A stretch of 64,000 bases of DNA from Octopus sinensis (GCF_006345805.1 NC_043000.1:22816001-22880000), one strand, 5' to 3'; positions 38,766-53,717 are shown, numbered from the stretch's first letter. The notes: a model not told the origin generated them from the letters alone. A program made the numbers and translations.

Positions 38766-39599
38766 GATATATGGTCAAACGCAAAAACAGATTCCAATTT
38801 TTAAAATTTTTTGTTAGGGATTTAGTAATTAAGAGACAAACAACATCTATAAATTTCTTCAGGGGCTCTAGGACTGGTCAGAAGAACTTATCCTTATGTC
38901 AAAAATCCGGTGCTAATGATTAAAAAGCAGCAGAAAGGGCACTAAAATAGTTGTGGATATGTTAAACAAAGCGGTGGTTTAAATATACAACCTAGTGAGA
39001 ATAGAAATGAGAAGTTGCCAGATTTAAGATGTATTTTGGTTTACAGTCAGATCTCTTGCCGACTTTAGACTAGCAGACGCCACTAACAGGAAACCAAAGG
39101 TATCGATATGAGAACCTGACAATAATTTCCGTAAAAGTATTTAATCCCTACCCTACCTATACCGAGTAACGTTTCCTCAGTTTGTTACATCCAACGTACG
39201 TGCGTGTGTGTATGTGTGTGGGCACGCGCGCACATACACATATATGTACACACGCATGTATACACACACATACACATACATGCAGTGCATATATATATAT
39301 ATATATATATGCATGTATGTATGTATGTATATATATGTATATATGTATAAATATATATATACGAGAAGAAAATGGATGAAAATAACAAGGAGAAATTCAT
39401 CGTTTTCGTATATAATCTAAACTACGGTTTACCCTCCGAACTACCTGCTACCGTACAACTTTACAAAGGACTGTACCTACTCAGGTAATCTCCAGGAGCG
39501 CCTTTGGATTTAATTACCCTCAGAGGTTTTAAACTCCTCTGACTGATACCTTCACTCTATATATATAATATTATATATATATATATATATAATATATAT

Positions 39600-39635
<36 letters not shown>

Positions 39636-39680
39636 ACATATATATATATATGTATGTAGATGTTGTAGTATATATAATAT

Positions 39681-39729
<49 letters not shown>

Positions 39730-39917
39730 ATAATATATATACACACGTGCATACTTACACACCACGTATATATATTTATGTAAAATTATCATATATATAA
39801 GGAGGTATGTGTATGTACATATGTATGTATATATATTTATATATGTGTGTGTATGCGTGTGTGTGTGTATGTATAGGCATGTATATATATATACACCATT
39901 CAATTTATTATCAAATA

Positions 39918-39948
<31 letters not shown>

Positions 39949-40188
39949 GCCTATACATACATACACACACACAGATATCTCTCCCCCCCCTCTCTCTCTC
40001 TGTATCTATCTATCTAGTTAACTACTGTCTACTTGTCATATGTAAGATAGAGAACAGCAAATAATTCTTAATCAGTGAAAATAACAACCTTTCATGAGAA
40101 AATATAGAATATCACCTGAATGTGATAATTGATTTAAAAACGGTGAAGGGTGGAAACTCCTAAAATTCTAAATGATTAAAAAATATAC

Positions 40189-40352
40189 AGGCGCAGGAGT
40201 GGCTGTGTGGTAAGTAGTTTGCTAACCAACCACATGGTTCCGGGTTCAGTCCCACTGCGTGGCATCTTGGGCAAGTGTCTTCTGCTATAGCCTCGGGCTG
40301 ACCAATGCCTTGTGAGTGGATTTGGTAGACGGAAACTGAAAGAAGCCTGTCG

Positions 40353-40403
<51 letters not shown>

Positions 40404-40633
40404 TTGTGTGTTTGTGTTTGTCCCCTAGCATTGCTTGACAACCGATGTTGGTGTGTTTACGTCCCCGTCACTTAGCGGTTCGGCAAAAGAGACCGATGAA
40501 TAAGTACTGGGCTTACAAAGAATAAGTCCCGGGGTCGATTTGCTCGACTAAAAGCGGTGCTCCAGCATGGCTGCAGTCAAATGACTGAAACAAGTAAAAG
40601 AGTAAAAAGAGTAAAAGAGTAAAAAGAGTAAAA
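40189..40633 (+). mobile_element. SINE-A with (AAAAGAGT)n tail
   Basis: Family consensus. Confidence 0.92.
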
Positions 40634-40968
40634 ATGATACAATTGGGGAGTGATTCTGACTTTTGACTGCTATGATAAATACTAGCATTTTTTCGGTTAT
40701 TCTAGACTCGTTTATCAAAGACTAGTCTACTCATAGCTGCTCCGTCTCAAATAGGGGGTTTATAATGTCTAATATAATTTATCTTTAAATTTCAGTATTT
40801 AATTAATTTAATTTAACCTTTTAATTTGTTGTGGTTTATATTTTCTGAAAAATAGTAAGAATTTTCTGAAATGATAAAGAAAGATTTTGTTTTGTAAATA
40901 TAACTGAAGATTTGGTTTTATAGAAGAGAGGAAATATAAAGTTGTTTTCGTTGATTCTTTTTTTGAAG

Positions 40969-41187
40969 GTTTTCACAACGTAAGTGAAATGAATCGGTTA
41001 CTACCAAGAAGCGGACTCCCAGACTTACCGTCTCCCCGTGTCGTCCACCGACAACAGATAAATAATTCTAGAACAGACAAAAATAATGACCAAAGGAATA
41101 GTAACAGTGCATCTGCTGAGAGTTTAAGAAGGATATACCGGAAAGCAACTCCAAGAAACAAATGTAACATTTCAACTCGTATCCTAG
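40969..41187 (+). CDS. Probable internal coding exon of an unidentified host gene (phase 1-1, 73 codons)
   Basis: ttctttttttgaag|G acceptor; CTAG|GTAAGT donor; 219 nt; open frame GFHNVSEMNRLLPRSGLPDLPSPRVVHRQQ...RRIYRKATPRNKCNISTRILG; unique sequence. Confidence 0.6.
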
Positions 41188-41511
41188 GTAAGTAATTGGC
41201 GTTATTGATTTTGGCGGCCATAGAAAGTACCATACCGTGTCATTTAAATAGATCAAACTAGAAAATGGAGAGATGATTACGTTGGAAACTTGTCTATTAT
41301 ATATAAAGTAATTTAGTCCCAATATTGTCTCCCGAGGAGGCTTTTGTATTATCGTTCAAGACAGATGATTGCGCTCTAAATGAGACCATTTTTGATAATT
41401 GCAAGTTAAGATTCTTTTATAATAATTTTTTCTCTAGGAACTCTTCAACCAGGCTTCTACGAAAATTTGGGGAAATCTATATTATAAAATGCGTGAATTT
41501 AAAAAAAAACT

Positions 41512-41675
41512 GTAGGAGTGGCTGTGTGGTAATAAGCTTGCTTACAAACCACATGGTTCTGGGTTCAGTCCCACTGCGTGGCACCTTGGGCAAGTGTCTT
41601 CTACTATAGCCTCGGGCCGACCAAAGCCTTGTGAGTGGATTTGGTAGACGGAAACTGAAAGAAGCCCGTCGTATG

Positions 41676-41740
<65 letters not shown>

Positions 41741-41975
41741 GTGTGTGCGTGTGTGTGTGTTTGAGTGTCTGTGTTTGTCCGCCCAGCATCGCTTGACAAC
41801 CGATGCTGGTGTGTTTACGTCCCCGTAACTTAGCAGTTCGGCAAAAAGAGACCGATAGAATAAGTACTAGGCTTACAAAGAATAAGTCCTGGGGTCAATT
41901 TGCTCGACTAAAGGTGCTGCTCCAGCATGGCCACAGTCACATGACTGAAACAAGTAAAAGAGTAAAGAGTAAAAA
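41512..41975 (+). mobile_element. SINE-A
   Basis: Family consensus. Confidence 0.92.
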
Positions 41976-42257
41976 ATTTGATTCGCCAGTCATTTTAATG
42001 TTAATTCTTTTGTTAGATTTATTATAAGCAAATCTACAATTTTCAAGTGCTCTGTTTTGTAATTGCCTCTGTATACGAGGCATACATTAACTTGGTGTAT
42101 TGCTGGAGAGCTCTTTTACAAGAGCATTTTCCATATATTATAATGATGTTCATTACAAATCTGATTTTTCTTAAGGTTTCGTGAAACATTTTCTCTATTC
42201 TTTGCCATGGTTTTGTTGTCAGTTTCTAATCTTAAAACAAGACAAGATAGTGTTTAT

Positions 42258-42430
42258 AGGCGCAGACATGACTGTGTGGTATGGAATTTCGTTTTGCAAT
42301 CTAGTAATTTTGAGTTCGTTCGGTTCCATTGCGAAGCATCCTGAGTAGGAGTTTTCTACTCTAGTCTCAGATTGACCAAAGCCTTGTGGGTGAAGTTGCT
42401 TTATGGAAACTATGTAGAAATCCGGTGTAT
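42258..42430 (+). mobile_element. Old SINE-A-like 5' half
   Basis: aggcgcagacatgactgtgtggta..gaccaaagccttgtgggtga. Confidence 0.6.
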
Positions 42431-43269
42431 ATGTACACATACATACATACATACATACATACATACATACATACATACATACATGCATGCATGCATTATT
42501 ATTGGGGCACTGGGTTATGTAACACTGCCTAAATACCACTCTTGAGAAATTAGGCTTCTCAAAATCAGAAAAGAGAAAGTTAGTTAGAAGACTGGAATTG
42601 TAAAAAGCTGTAAGACTTTCCAGAAGTTTATCATTTAAGTATATCTGAGAATGTCTAGATATGCATGAGAATACATACATAAAACTTACAAATCTGCACA
42701 TATACATACATACATGCATACATGCATACATACATACATATACATACATATGTACATACATACATGCATGCATGCATACACACATACATACATACATATA
42801 TGCATACAAACAAAAATACCCTGTTGTTGATGTTGAAACCCCAATGAAGGAGCCTTGGATCTAGGTTATAAACCGGCTCTTTCTCTATTGGCAAGAAATC
42901 TTGAAATATAACTGAACAATGACATATATGCATACGTACATAAGTACATACATATATGCATATATACATTGTTAACTAGTCGACAGTAATCGATAAGTAC
43001 CAGATACGGTAGACGAAAGATCCTTTATGGGAGTGCCTCAGCATGACCGTAGGCCAAGGACCGAAAATAATTAAGAAGTTCTATACTCAGTGCAATACAG
43101 TCAAGTATTTGACTTGTCGAAACTACAACTATCAATGAATGGGTGACTCGCTTAAGAATAGTACTTGGAGCTGTAATTGGAGTTGTATCATTCATAGCTT
43201 TCGCAATAGCAGCGTAAGTATTCAGTTTTCTACATTATAGATAATTCACCTATTGTGAATTACCCTAAC

Positions 43270-44245
43270 AGCTGGGCCCATCAAAGACAACAGCAAGGAA
43301 GCGAGAAGATGAGTAGACCATTATTGCGAACTCTATACGACAGAAAACACTATCAGTGTGCTAGACACTACGGAATGTCTGCCACAGATGGCGGAACTAG
43401 ATGTATTGTCGACTTCTGAAAAGCTGAACAAAGCCATTGACTCTCTTCCCTCTGGCGGAGCACCAAGATTGGACATCCCACTAGAGATTAACACTCTGTT
43501 GTGCCATCAATACAAACTGCCGCGCCAGTTCTGGAAAGAAAGAGCAGTATCATAGGACACGAGAATCTGTAATACTGTTACTTTGCACAAGAACGAAAAA
43601 GAGGTAGCCCACGAGTTCCTCCGGTCCACCATCACTGACAGTCTCTCTCTCTCTCTCTCTCTTTAGATAACTGAAGAACAGTTTGGGAGAAGAATAAGTT
43701 ACTGGTGCACGCTTGTATTCTCAGCACACTGTTTTATGACTGGGATTTGGAGCATTTATTTCAGATAAGAGTGGCATCTCAACGCCTTCTGTCTACGCAT
43801 CCCGAAACAAATTCTGAACATAAAGTTGACTGCACCAGCAATATAGTTATGATTCGTGCACAGAAACCCAACCTCTTCATCCCACTGCTGTAACGACCAC
43901 ATAACAGATGATAGGATATTATAAGACTTGCTGCATAGAAAATTGACCTCCAGAAAAAGAACTCAAGGACGAACCATCTTCAGTTCAGAAACACCTGCAA
44001 GAGAGATATGAAGTCTCTCTACATCATAGTTGAAAGATAGGAGGACAATGCTGATGATCGCTCCGGCTGGAGACTAAAACTAGACATATGTTTAAAAAGA
44101 AAACAGAAACTGAGGCTTGCCGATAAAGAAAACAAAATCTATGGAAAAACAGAAGTAATACAAGACTGTGGAACGGTGTTTTCAGATGCAGTCACTGCTG
44201 CCGGGAACGTCATTCATATATAGCTTTCGATCTTAAAAAAAAAAA
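43270..44245 (+). mobile_element. Decayed RTE LINE with large internal deletion
   Basis: DHYCELYTTEN..LPQMAELD..KAIDSLPSGGAP (pre-RT); ACILSTLFY; GRTIFSS/DDRSGW-type segments; FRCSHCCRE C-terminal motif; RT core absent. Confidence 0.7.
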
Positions 44246-44369
44246 GGCTGATCTGCGAACAAGAATGAAGCAAGACTTTCCAGGTGGAGATCCATAGTCT
44301 CGTAAAATTAATGCATACCTCCGACATACATACATATACCTCCTTCCCATACTAGTCCTGCTCTCTTTA

Positions 44370-44510
44370 AAATCATGCCAAGGCACATAAAAGCGGAAAC
44401 AGATCTCATAATATTCAAACGGTTACTGGACGAATTCCAGCAAAGCCACATACACCTCTGCAAAGTCTTCACCTCTGCAAACAATAATTCTTTATTCGAA
44501 TTTGGGAATG
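44370..44510 (+). mobile_element. Possible LINE ORF2 C-terminal remnant
   Basis: PRHIKAETDLIIFKRLLDEF..SANNNSL resembles CR1/L2/I-type ends (recalled, unverified). Confidence 0.3.
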
Positions 44511-44604
44511 GTACCCAAAGAATAACTGTAATATGAAACATAATTAAGCAGTGCTATTAATTTAGTCACAGCTCGGCCAATTCTGACCGAACCTTATCTC
44601 AGTT

Positions 44605-44847
<243 letters not shown>

Positions 44848-45242
44848 ATGTATCGTAAAAGCTGAGAAGCATAATTTCTCATACAGTCCAAACATTAATT
44901 GTTGTCAACAGCTGTTTCTTTAAGATAAATGCCATTATATGAAAGATTATATAATTGTGATAATAATTAAATTAAATTAACTTAATTTAATTTTTAAACA
45001 GTGTTTAAATCTATACATGAGATAGCGTATTTAAAACCTGTAGGAGTTGTATGGCCGAGTGGTATAAATATTCACTTCGCAATCAGGCGCCTACAGTTGT
45101 GTTCCATCTTTGGAAATTGCCAATTTTCTGTAGCCTTGAGTCGATTGATACCTTGTGAGAGAAACTGGGTTGATGGAAGCTTCCCGTCGGATGGATTGTA
45201 CCTGTAATTCTAAAATGTACAGCTTTTCATATACTGTGATTC

Positions 45243-45472
45243 TTATTTCTTTATTGCCCACAAGGGGCTAAACATAGAGGGGACAAACAAGGACAGACAA
45301 AGGGACTAAGTCGATTACAGCGACCCCAGTGCGTAACTAGTACTTAATTTATCGATCCCGAAAGGATGAAAGGCAAAGTCGACCTCGGCGGAATTTGAAC
45401 TCAGAACGTAACGGCAGACGAAATACTGCTAAGCATTTTACCCGGCGTGCTAACATTTCTGCCAGCTCACCG
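45243..45472 (-). mobile_element. SINE-B
   Basis: Reverse complement of the family consensus. Confidence 0.9.
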
Positions 45473-45614
45473 TCTTTTCATGATTCTGCCTGAGAATTAC
45501 GTTATGATTGCCCGAGATTGTGCAATCCTCGGCCGTTTTCGCATTAATTCAGGATCAAATTATAAATTCGGTCGAATAATTACGTTCTCATCGTCGAACG
45601 ACGGGGACCCAATA

Positions 45615-45760
45615 ACCACCACCACCACCACCACCACCACCACCACCACCACCACCACCACCACCACCACCACCACCACCCCACCACCACCACCACCACC
45701 ACACCACCACCACCACCACCACCACCACCACACCACCACCACCACCACCACCACCACCAT
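45615..45760. repeat. (ACC)n
   Basis: Seen directly. Confidence 0.95.
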
Positions 45761-46684
45761 TTAAGATTGTATGATTCAGCATGTTCATAACTTTTGTGGA
45801 GTAAGTTATGACATGTTAGAGAATTGACTGATATCAAACATATTCGCTGTTCCGATAGAGATTACCTTGCTCGCTCGTAAACTTCTTTTTGTATAGGTAC
45901 AACGCCTTTTTGTAACAGTACAATGCTTTTTTAACGAAACATTCAAGATGGCTTTCATGAACGATAGATGAAAAAGAAGCTACCCTTGGGCTAGACTATA
46001 ACCCAAAATACCTGTGACATCCAATATCGGGGTGGTGGTGTTAAACCGTGTGACGGATAAATATTTTGGTTTTAGAATGAGAAATTGTGATACTTATGCA
46101 TGTTTTCAATGACTTTAAGACTTTAAGTGAAACTCGCTCGTCAATCAAATTGGTTTGCTAGATAAGATCGACGGTGCAGCGAGTACATGGTTAAGATAAA
46201 CAAGACTATCTATTCTTCATTTGAAAATGGTTGGGCTGCCAAATTCTTCATTGATTTTCGTAGAAATCCAAAATGCAGATTTCTTATAGAGACCAGTAGT
46301 TTTTTTTACACCGTTTTTGCATAAAATAAAACAATATATACTATCTTCTGTTGTTTTTTTCCTCCCTTCATATCAAGCATAAAAAAAGCAACAACAATAA
46401 GATAGAAAGAAAGCAGCTGTATGTATTTTACCCACTTTGAAATGACGAAAAATGATAGGAAAATATATATCTAACTTATCTGTTCAGAGAAAATGATATG
46501 AGATGTGACAAATCACTTTTTAAATATTTGTTTAAATATGATTTTAACCGATTTATGTATTCAGACATTTTGAAATCAATAAAAGATGTCCACTTATCTT
46601 TCATACACACACACTCTCTTTCTCCTTCCCCCTCTCTCATTTTCAACGCATACGCTTCTTTTATGTATGTAGATATCTATAAGT

Positions 46685-46726
<42 letters not shown>

Positions 46727-46774
46727 CACACTCACACATACACACTCGTGTATTTACATGTATACGTATGTATG

Positions 46775-46831
<57 letters not shown>

Positions 46832-46846
46832 ATATATGTCTGTCTG

Positions 46847-46904
<58 letters not shown>

Positions 46905-46977
46905 ATCTATCTATCTAGCTGTCTGTCTGTCTGTCTATTTATCTATCTATCTGTCCATCTATCTATCTACTTACCTA

Positions 46978-47009
<32 letters not shown>

Positions 47010-47829
47010 CCTATCTAACTATCTGTCCGCCTGTATTTTATATGTCTGTCTGTCTGTCTGTCTGTCTATGTATGTATGTATGTATCTATCTATCTATCTC
47101 TCTGTTTCTCTCTCTCTGCATATATATAAAATACAAAAATGGGACAAGAACGCAAGACATCCAGACAGGTGATACAAAAAAGGAACAACAAAACATCCAG
47201 ACAGACGATACAAGGAAAACAAGGACGGGTCTTTCAAAGTTTGCTATCCTCAGTCAAGTTCCTGATTATCTTTGCAATTTCGGCTCTTTATACTCAAGAT
47301 TGTTCCAATTTGGCCAGCCCCAAGGAAAAAACTAAGCTAAGAGAATTAGATTCCTTGGAAGAAAGCAGTGAATGTATACGAAAACTAGGACAAAAAAACG
47401 GAGGATGTTACACAAATACAAATAACAAGACATAACAACAGGTGTCTTTCGACTAAGGACGAATTAAATTAAACTGGCGTGTGTGGAAGTCAAGCAGGGA
47501 CATAGGATTTGACAGGTACAGGGAGAAATATAGATGTGGCACGGATGGTAGTCGAACTAAGAAAGAAAGGTCAGGCTTGGCCGAACACCGGTCATGTAGC
47601 GAGAGAAAAGAGAGAGAGATAGAAGCAGAGGGATAGAATTAAGGAGGGTCGAGAAAAAATGAAAGGGATACAGTGAAGTGAAAAGAGGAGGGAAAGTGAG
47701 CATGAAGAGAAGGCCAGGAAATGTGAGAGAGGGGGAACGAAAGAACGAAGAGTAGAATGAACGAAGTAAGCTTGAAAGGGCTGATAGAAAGAAGGAAAGA
47801 ATGAAAGAATATAAAGAAAGAATAATGGA

Positions 47830-47868
<39 letters not shown>

Positions 47869-47896
47869 GGATCGGAGTGAATAGCTAAAGCACAAG

Positions 47897-48562
<666 letters not shown>

Positions 48563-48634
48563 CACATGTACCACGTCCCCACATTGTTGATTTTTGTGTT
48601 TGTTCTTCGATCTTTTTTGATTTACTATATATAT

Positions 48635-49051
48635 AGGCGCAGGAGTGGCTGTGTGGAAAGTAGCTTGCTTACCAACAACATTGTTCCGGGTTCAGCCCCA
48701 CTGCGTGGAATCTTGGGCAAGTGTCTTCTACTATAGCCTCGGGCCGACCAAGGCCTTGTGAGTGGATTTGGTAGACGGAAACTGAAAGAAGCCCGTCGTA
48801 TATATGTTTATTTATATATGTGTGTGTGTGTGTGTGTATGTTTGTGTGTCTGCGTTTGTCCCCCTAGCATTGCTTCACAACCGATGCTGGTGTGTTTATG
48901 TCCCCGTAACTTAGCGGTTCGGCAAAAGAGCCCGATAGAATAAGTACCGGGCTTACAAAGAATAAGCCCTGGGGTCGATTTGCTCGACTAAAGGCGGTGC
49001 TCCAGCATGGCCGCAGTCAAATGACTGAAACAAGTAAAAGAGAGAAAAAAG
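48635..49051 (+). mobile_element. SINE-A
   Basis: Family consensus. Confidence 0.92.
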
Positions 49052-49148
49052 AGAATATATATATATAAAGCATACACATGTATGTGCAAGACAAATATTC
49101 TGCCGACAGTTGGATAGTACGAATGATCGGGGTAAACCACCAAATGAG

Positions 49149-49382
49149 ATATTTATTTCTTTATTGCCCACAGGTGCTAAACATAGAAATGACAGACAAG
49201 GACAGACAAAAGGATTAAGTCGATTACATAGACCCCAGTGCGTAACTGCTACTTATTTAATCAGCCCCGAAAGGATGAAAGGCAAAGTCGACCACGGCGG
49301 AATTAGAACTCAGAACATAAAGAGAGATGAAATACCCGTAAGCATTTCGCTCGGCGTGCTAACGTTTCTGCCAGCTCACCAC
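49149..49382 (-). mobile_element. SINE-B
   Basis: Reverse complement of the family consensus. Confidence 0.88.
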
Positions 49383-49427
49383 ATTAATAAGATATTATGA
49401 TTTTTATTCGTTTGTTTGTTACTTCTC

Positions 49428-49695
49428 GTGCTACGCCTGGCTCATTAGGGCTGGTTTCCCGGTTTCCTTGGCGTATAGGTTCCCCACCTGGACGGGACGC
49501 CGGTCCGTCGCAGGTGAGCTGCAAGAGGAAAGAGTGAAAGTTGTGGCTAAAGAGCCAGTAGATTTCGCCATTATCTTCTGCCGGAGCCGCTTGGAGCTTA
49601 GGTGTTTCGCTTATAAACACACACATCGCCCGGTGTGAGATTCGAACCCGCGATCCCTCCACCGCTGCTCTAACCACTAGGCCATGTGCCTCCAC
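49428..49695 (-). mobile_element. SINE-C variant with alternative tail 3
   Basis: C-type head and body; tail gcgacggaccggcgtcccgtccaggtggggaacc..ggaaaccgggaaacc. Confidence 0.75.
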
Positions 49696-50383
49696 TGATT
49701 TTTTTAATTTGGTATCAGTTAATCACTGCGTTCACTCAGGTGCTTTGGTTTAATATGTTCTAAGATCTGTTGGAGTTCATTTCGCCAATTTTTTGCATCC
49801 TTGGAATCCATTTCTTCAAGATCGATAAAGTAATAAATAGCAGTAAGATGGAGGAAATTTTCACTAACTACAATATTATAAAATGGTCATACGTCTTAGC
49901 AAAATAAATCATTTACGTTAGCTTTCCCTAACAGAAAGATAAATACAAATTCATGCCGACCTCATGTAACAGACTGTGCTATAAGATATCTAGATTTATC
50001 TTATACCAGTAAGGGAGAGAACAGAGAGTCGCCAGTTTCTAACACTCTGCATTGTAGTTCATGGAAATATTTTTATGAATAAAGAAATAAACCAATAAAT
50101 CAATGAATGAATACATGACAAGTCGGCGCATGTTGCAAATAATGTCCAACGTTTTTTTTTCAATGTGCATCTGGTTAAAATAATCTGCAAGATGCAAGCT
50201 AAAATGCAATTATTTTTGTATTTGTCACCGGCAGCCGTCGTTAAGACATTACGCTCCAGTGTTTCGGCAATGCTTTACACCAAGATTGACGGCAAATTTT
50301 GCTTCTGTTTTTTTAAAATTCATCTTTATTTCCTGTCGTGAAAATAGGTTAACAAACACATTTAAGCGTAGAAAACACAGTTG

Positions 50384-50483
50384 NNNNNNNNNNNNNNNNN
50401 NNNNNNNNNNNNNNNNNNNNNNNNNNNNNNNNNNNNNNNNNNNNNNNNNNNNNNNNNNNNNNNNNNNNNNNNNNNNNNNNNNN
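50384..50483. other. Assembly gap (100 N)
   Basis: Seen directly. Confidence 1.
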
Positions 50484-50484
50484 C

Positions 50485-50757
50485 CTTAACATCATGCGTT
50501 CGGTTCGTCAAGGATGCCCCCTCTATTGCTTCTGTACGTATTGACTCTTGGGCTACTACTGCGGAAACTGGCGACGTTAAGGAGCATCCCACGAGAGCTG
50601 GGATGTGGGAGGAAGGTGTCTGCATACGCGGACGACGTCACAAGCACATCCACCTGGTCGGCGAGACACTAAAAGAATGGTCTGGATAGATAACTAAATA
50701 CGCGAACTACCGAGCGGATGCCGCTGTATAAGGCAGCGATCCAACCGCGGAAGACGG
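50485..50757 (+). mobile_element. L1/Tx1-type RT fragment
   Basis: With small frameshifts reads NIMRSVRQGCP..LLYVLTL..LLRKL..KVSAYADDVT..LVGETLKE. Confidence 0.75.
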
Positions 50758-50950
50758 TTGTATATGTATGTATATATATGTGTGTGTGTGTGTGTGTGTT
50801 TTGTATATATATGTATGTATGCATCTATGTATGTATATATATTATATATATATACATATATAGACACACTCACCACACAACACACCACACACACACCACA
50901 CATACACACACACACACACACACCACACCACACACACACACACACCACAC

Positions 50951-50982
<32 letters not shown>

Positions 50983-51230
50983 AGCCAGAAATCCAGGATC
51001 TGGAATTATCCAGTAACTTTTTGCTAGTTTATTTTGTCTTTTTGTCTTCTCTTGGTGCTGTATGAACATTTAATGTGGTTTTAGAGTCAGATTTTGGCTG
51101 CAATTTCCAGCATGGCGGTATCTCTTAGATACCCTAGATTATAATTGTAATAATAATTATTACCTTTGAAGGTTTTTATTCCCATGCTGGCCACTTGATA
51201 AGATCGATATTTAAATTAACGATCTTATCC

Positions 51231-51302
<72 letters not shown>

Positions 51303-51305
51303 ATA

Positions 51306-51363
<58 letters not shown>

Positions 51364-51942
51364 TAGTACCTTTATAAGCAGGGCTAATTGAACTGTTCCT
51401 CTGTAGATTGAAAAAGTGACGAACAACTTTAATCGATATTCGAAACTTATTGGATTCTCATCAGAGATGTCTATATCAATTTGACAAGTCCCTGAGAAAC
51501 AGGCAGCCAAACTGTTTATATACTCAACAATTACGACAGTGACAGAAGACAGGAGCTACTGACGTCGCCAACAGAAATTAAAGACATCGAGAGAGAACGT
51601 GAAATGATTATCTTTTTTTAGAGTTTATAAATAATAGCGAGTATATATATTGGTCAAAATCTATTTGGATAGAAAAAGTCGAAGGCTGGCTGTAGGACAT
51701 ATGTCATGTAGTTATATATACATCATATATATATGTATGTGTGTGTGTATATATATATATATATAGAGAGAGGGAGAGAGAGGTGGCAAAGAAATCTTAG
51801 GAAATTCATTAGTCTACAGCTCTTTCCACTATAAGATGTGATGGACTCAGAGTTGAGGGCCTGAGCAACACCTTACAATTTCATATATACATATATGCTT
51901 TACGTTTTTATCCTGTATATGTATGTGTATGTATACATATGC

Positions 51943-51984
<42 letters not shown>

Positions 51985-52032
51985 GTGTGTGTGTACATAT
52001 ATACACACATATATATATATATATATATATTT

Positions 52033-52071
<39 letters not shown>

Positions 52072-52146
52072 ATATATATATATATAAATTAACAGAATGA
52101 GATAAAAATCCAAGGCTGTGGAAGATTTGAGAACATTTATAAATAG

Positions 52147-52194
52147 GTCTTACAGCTGGTTCCGGGATATTTTATATATCCCTTCATCGGAGAT
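52147..52194 (-). ncRNA. Type I hammerhead motif, degenerate copy
   Basis: ATCT CCGATGA A GGGATAT-ATAAA-ATATCCC G GAACCAGCTGT A AGAC; same family as 59720 and 59913. Confidence 0.55.
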
Positions 52195-52554
52195 GATGTG
52201 AGAAAGTAAAGTGTCTTGCTCAAGGACATAACACGTCACCGGAAATTGAACTCACCGCGTTATTATTGTAAGCTGAATGCCCTAACCACAAAGTCACGCG
52301 TAATATATATATATACTATATATATATAGGTTATGAGAGGTAATGGTGTCAAGAAGACCCAAAGGTTTCAGGTAATGTTGAGTAAGTGCTATGGACAGAC
52401 TATAGTTAAGCTATAGTCTGTAACTATCTTTGAAAGACATCGATTTACCTCTAGAATGAAAAAAGGGGTTTAAATAAAGGTTATTTCCCTTCCTCTGTTT
52501 GGTGTTGGCGTGTAAATTAAAATTGATATCGTTTATATCCTTACAACTAGATTT

Positions 52555-53600
52555 CATGTCTCTATTAGTAAAGGTAGAATTAGATTGAATGGAATTAATG
52601 TAGGTAACTTTCTCTGATAACCTGCTTTAAGTAAGGCAGAGTTATAAAATTCGGCCTTATCGTTGAAAATGTCAACATTAGCAGATAACTTAGACAATCT
52701 AAATGAAATATTCTTAACTAAGTTCCTAGTAATTGCCCTAGAAGGATTACTGAATTGGCTAATATACTTGTGTAAGTTAAGTGTTATATCTAAAAAGTTG
52801 GCCTTTGTTACATCATCATCAAAAACGATGCTTAAGCCCATTCTACGGAAAAACTTAAACTATTCTTAATTTTTTGTACTTTTTGGTCAGAAACATTTTG
52901 AAGGTAAAGTAAACAATCATCACGATATAGACCTCCATTTATGCTTGGGAACTGTTCTGCCACATCAAAAAGTATATATATACACACATACTAAATCAGC
53001 TATTTGTGCTGAATCAGAACGTCCCATTGTAATATCAAAACCATCGGGTGTGTCTTTACGGACCCACAACTTATCAAACTTTATGATAGATTTTCTGGCT
53101 GCCAGCACTATATTAATTTCTTCCCTGGTGAGACCAGCTTCGTTATGAACAAACCAAAGTGCCTTATTAAGTACCATTGGGTTGATGGAGGAATAAAAAC
53201 TAGAAATGTCAAACTGGATAAACTTAGTGATCCTCTTATTAGTAAAAGAACTAAACCAGTCAACGACTTGGAATGAATTGGACCATAAACTAAGCTTTAA
53301 TTTTTTAATTAATGTAGGAACATATTTATCTAGAATATTTTTACTGAGTACACCGATGTCAGAGCTAGAAGGGCAGATAAGTCTTAAGGATGGATTATTA
53401 AAAACATTTTGTTTATGATCTTTCAAAATAAACCGAGGTTGCTTAGGATCAAGTGGTTCTGTCTTCATCTGTAAGTTATACTTCTCCATAATTATCTTGG
53501 CCTCAAGGTTGGCTTTCTTGAGTACACTTTTATCGATAATCCTATAGTTTTTTTTTAATTTCTGTTTTAAGCAGTTCCGAGTAATAGTACGTATTAAGTT
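52555..53600 (-). mobile_element. Penelope-like RT fragment, probably Naiad clade, frameshifted
   Basis: NLYKL..Y..LL; LKDHK..RLICP; W.N...V.DWF; KFIQFDISSFYSSI; FDITMG; GLYRDD (~52916-52933); NFLDITLNL; FYNSALLKAGY; no GIY-YIG here. Confidence 0.82.
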
Positions 53601-53685
53601 TGTACAGGTTTACATACATACATATATTATTTATATTATTATCATCATCATCATCATCATCATCATCATTATCATCATCATCATC

Positions 53686-53717
<32 letters not shown>

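Noticed and set aside
51425-51472. Sixth hammerhead family (CTGATGA GAATCC.., related copy at ~30595-30630)
   Set aside because: Both copies have damaged GAAA or stem I; plausible remnant, not supportable as intact.
52960-52985. In-frame TGA as selenocysteine in the Naiad-like RT
   Set aside because: The TGA arises from a 2-nt TA-repeat frameshift; the corrected frame passes through without a stop.
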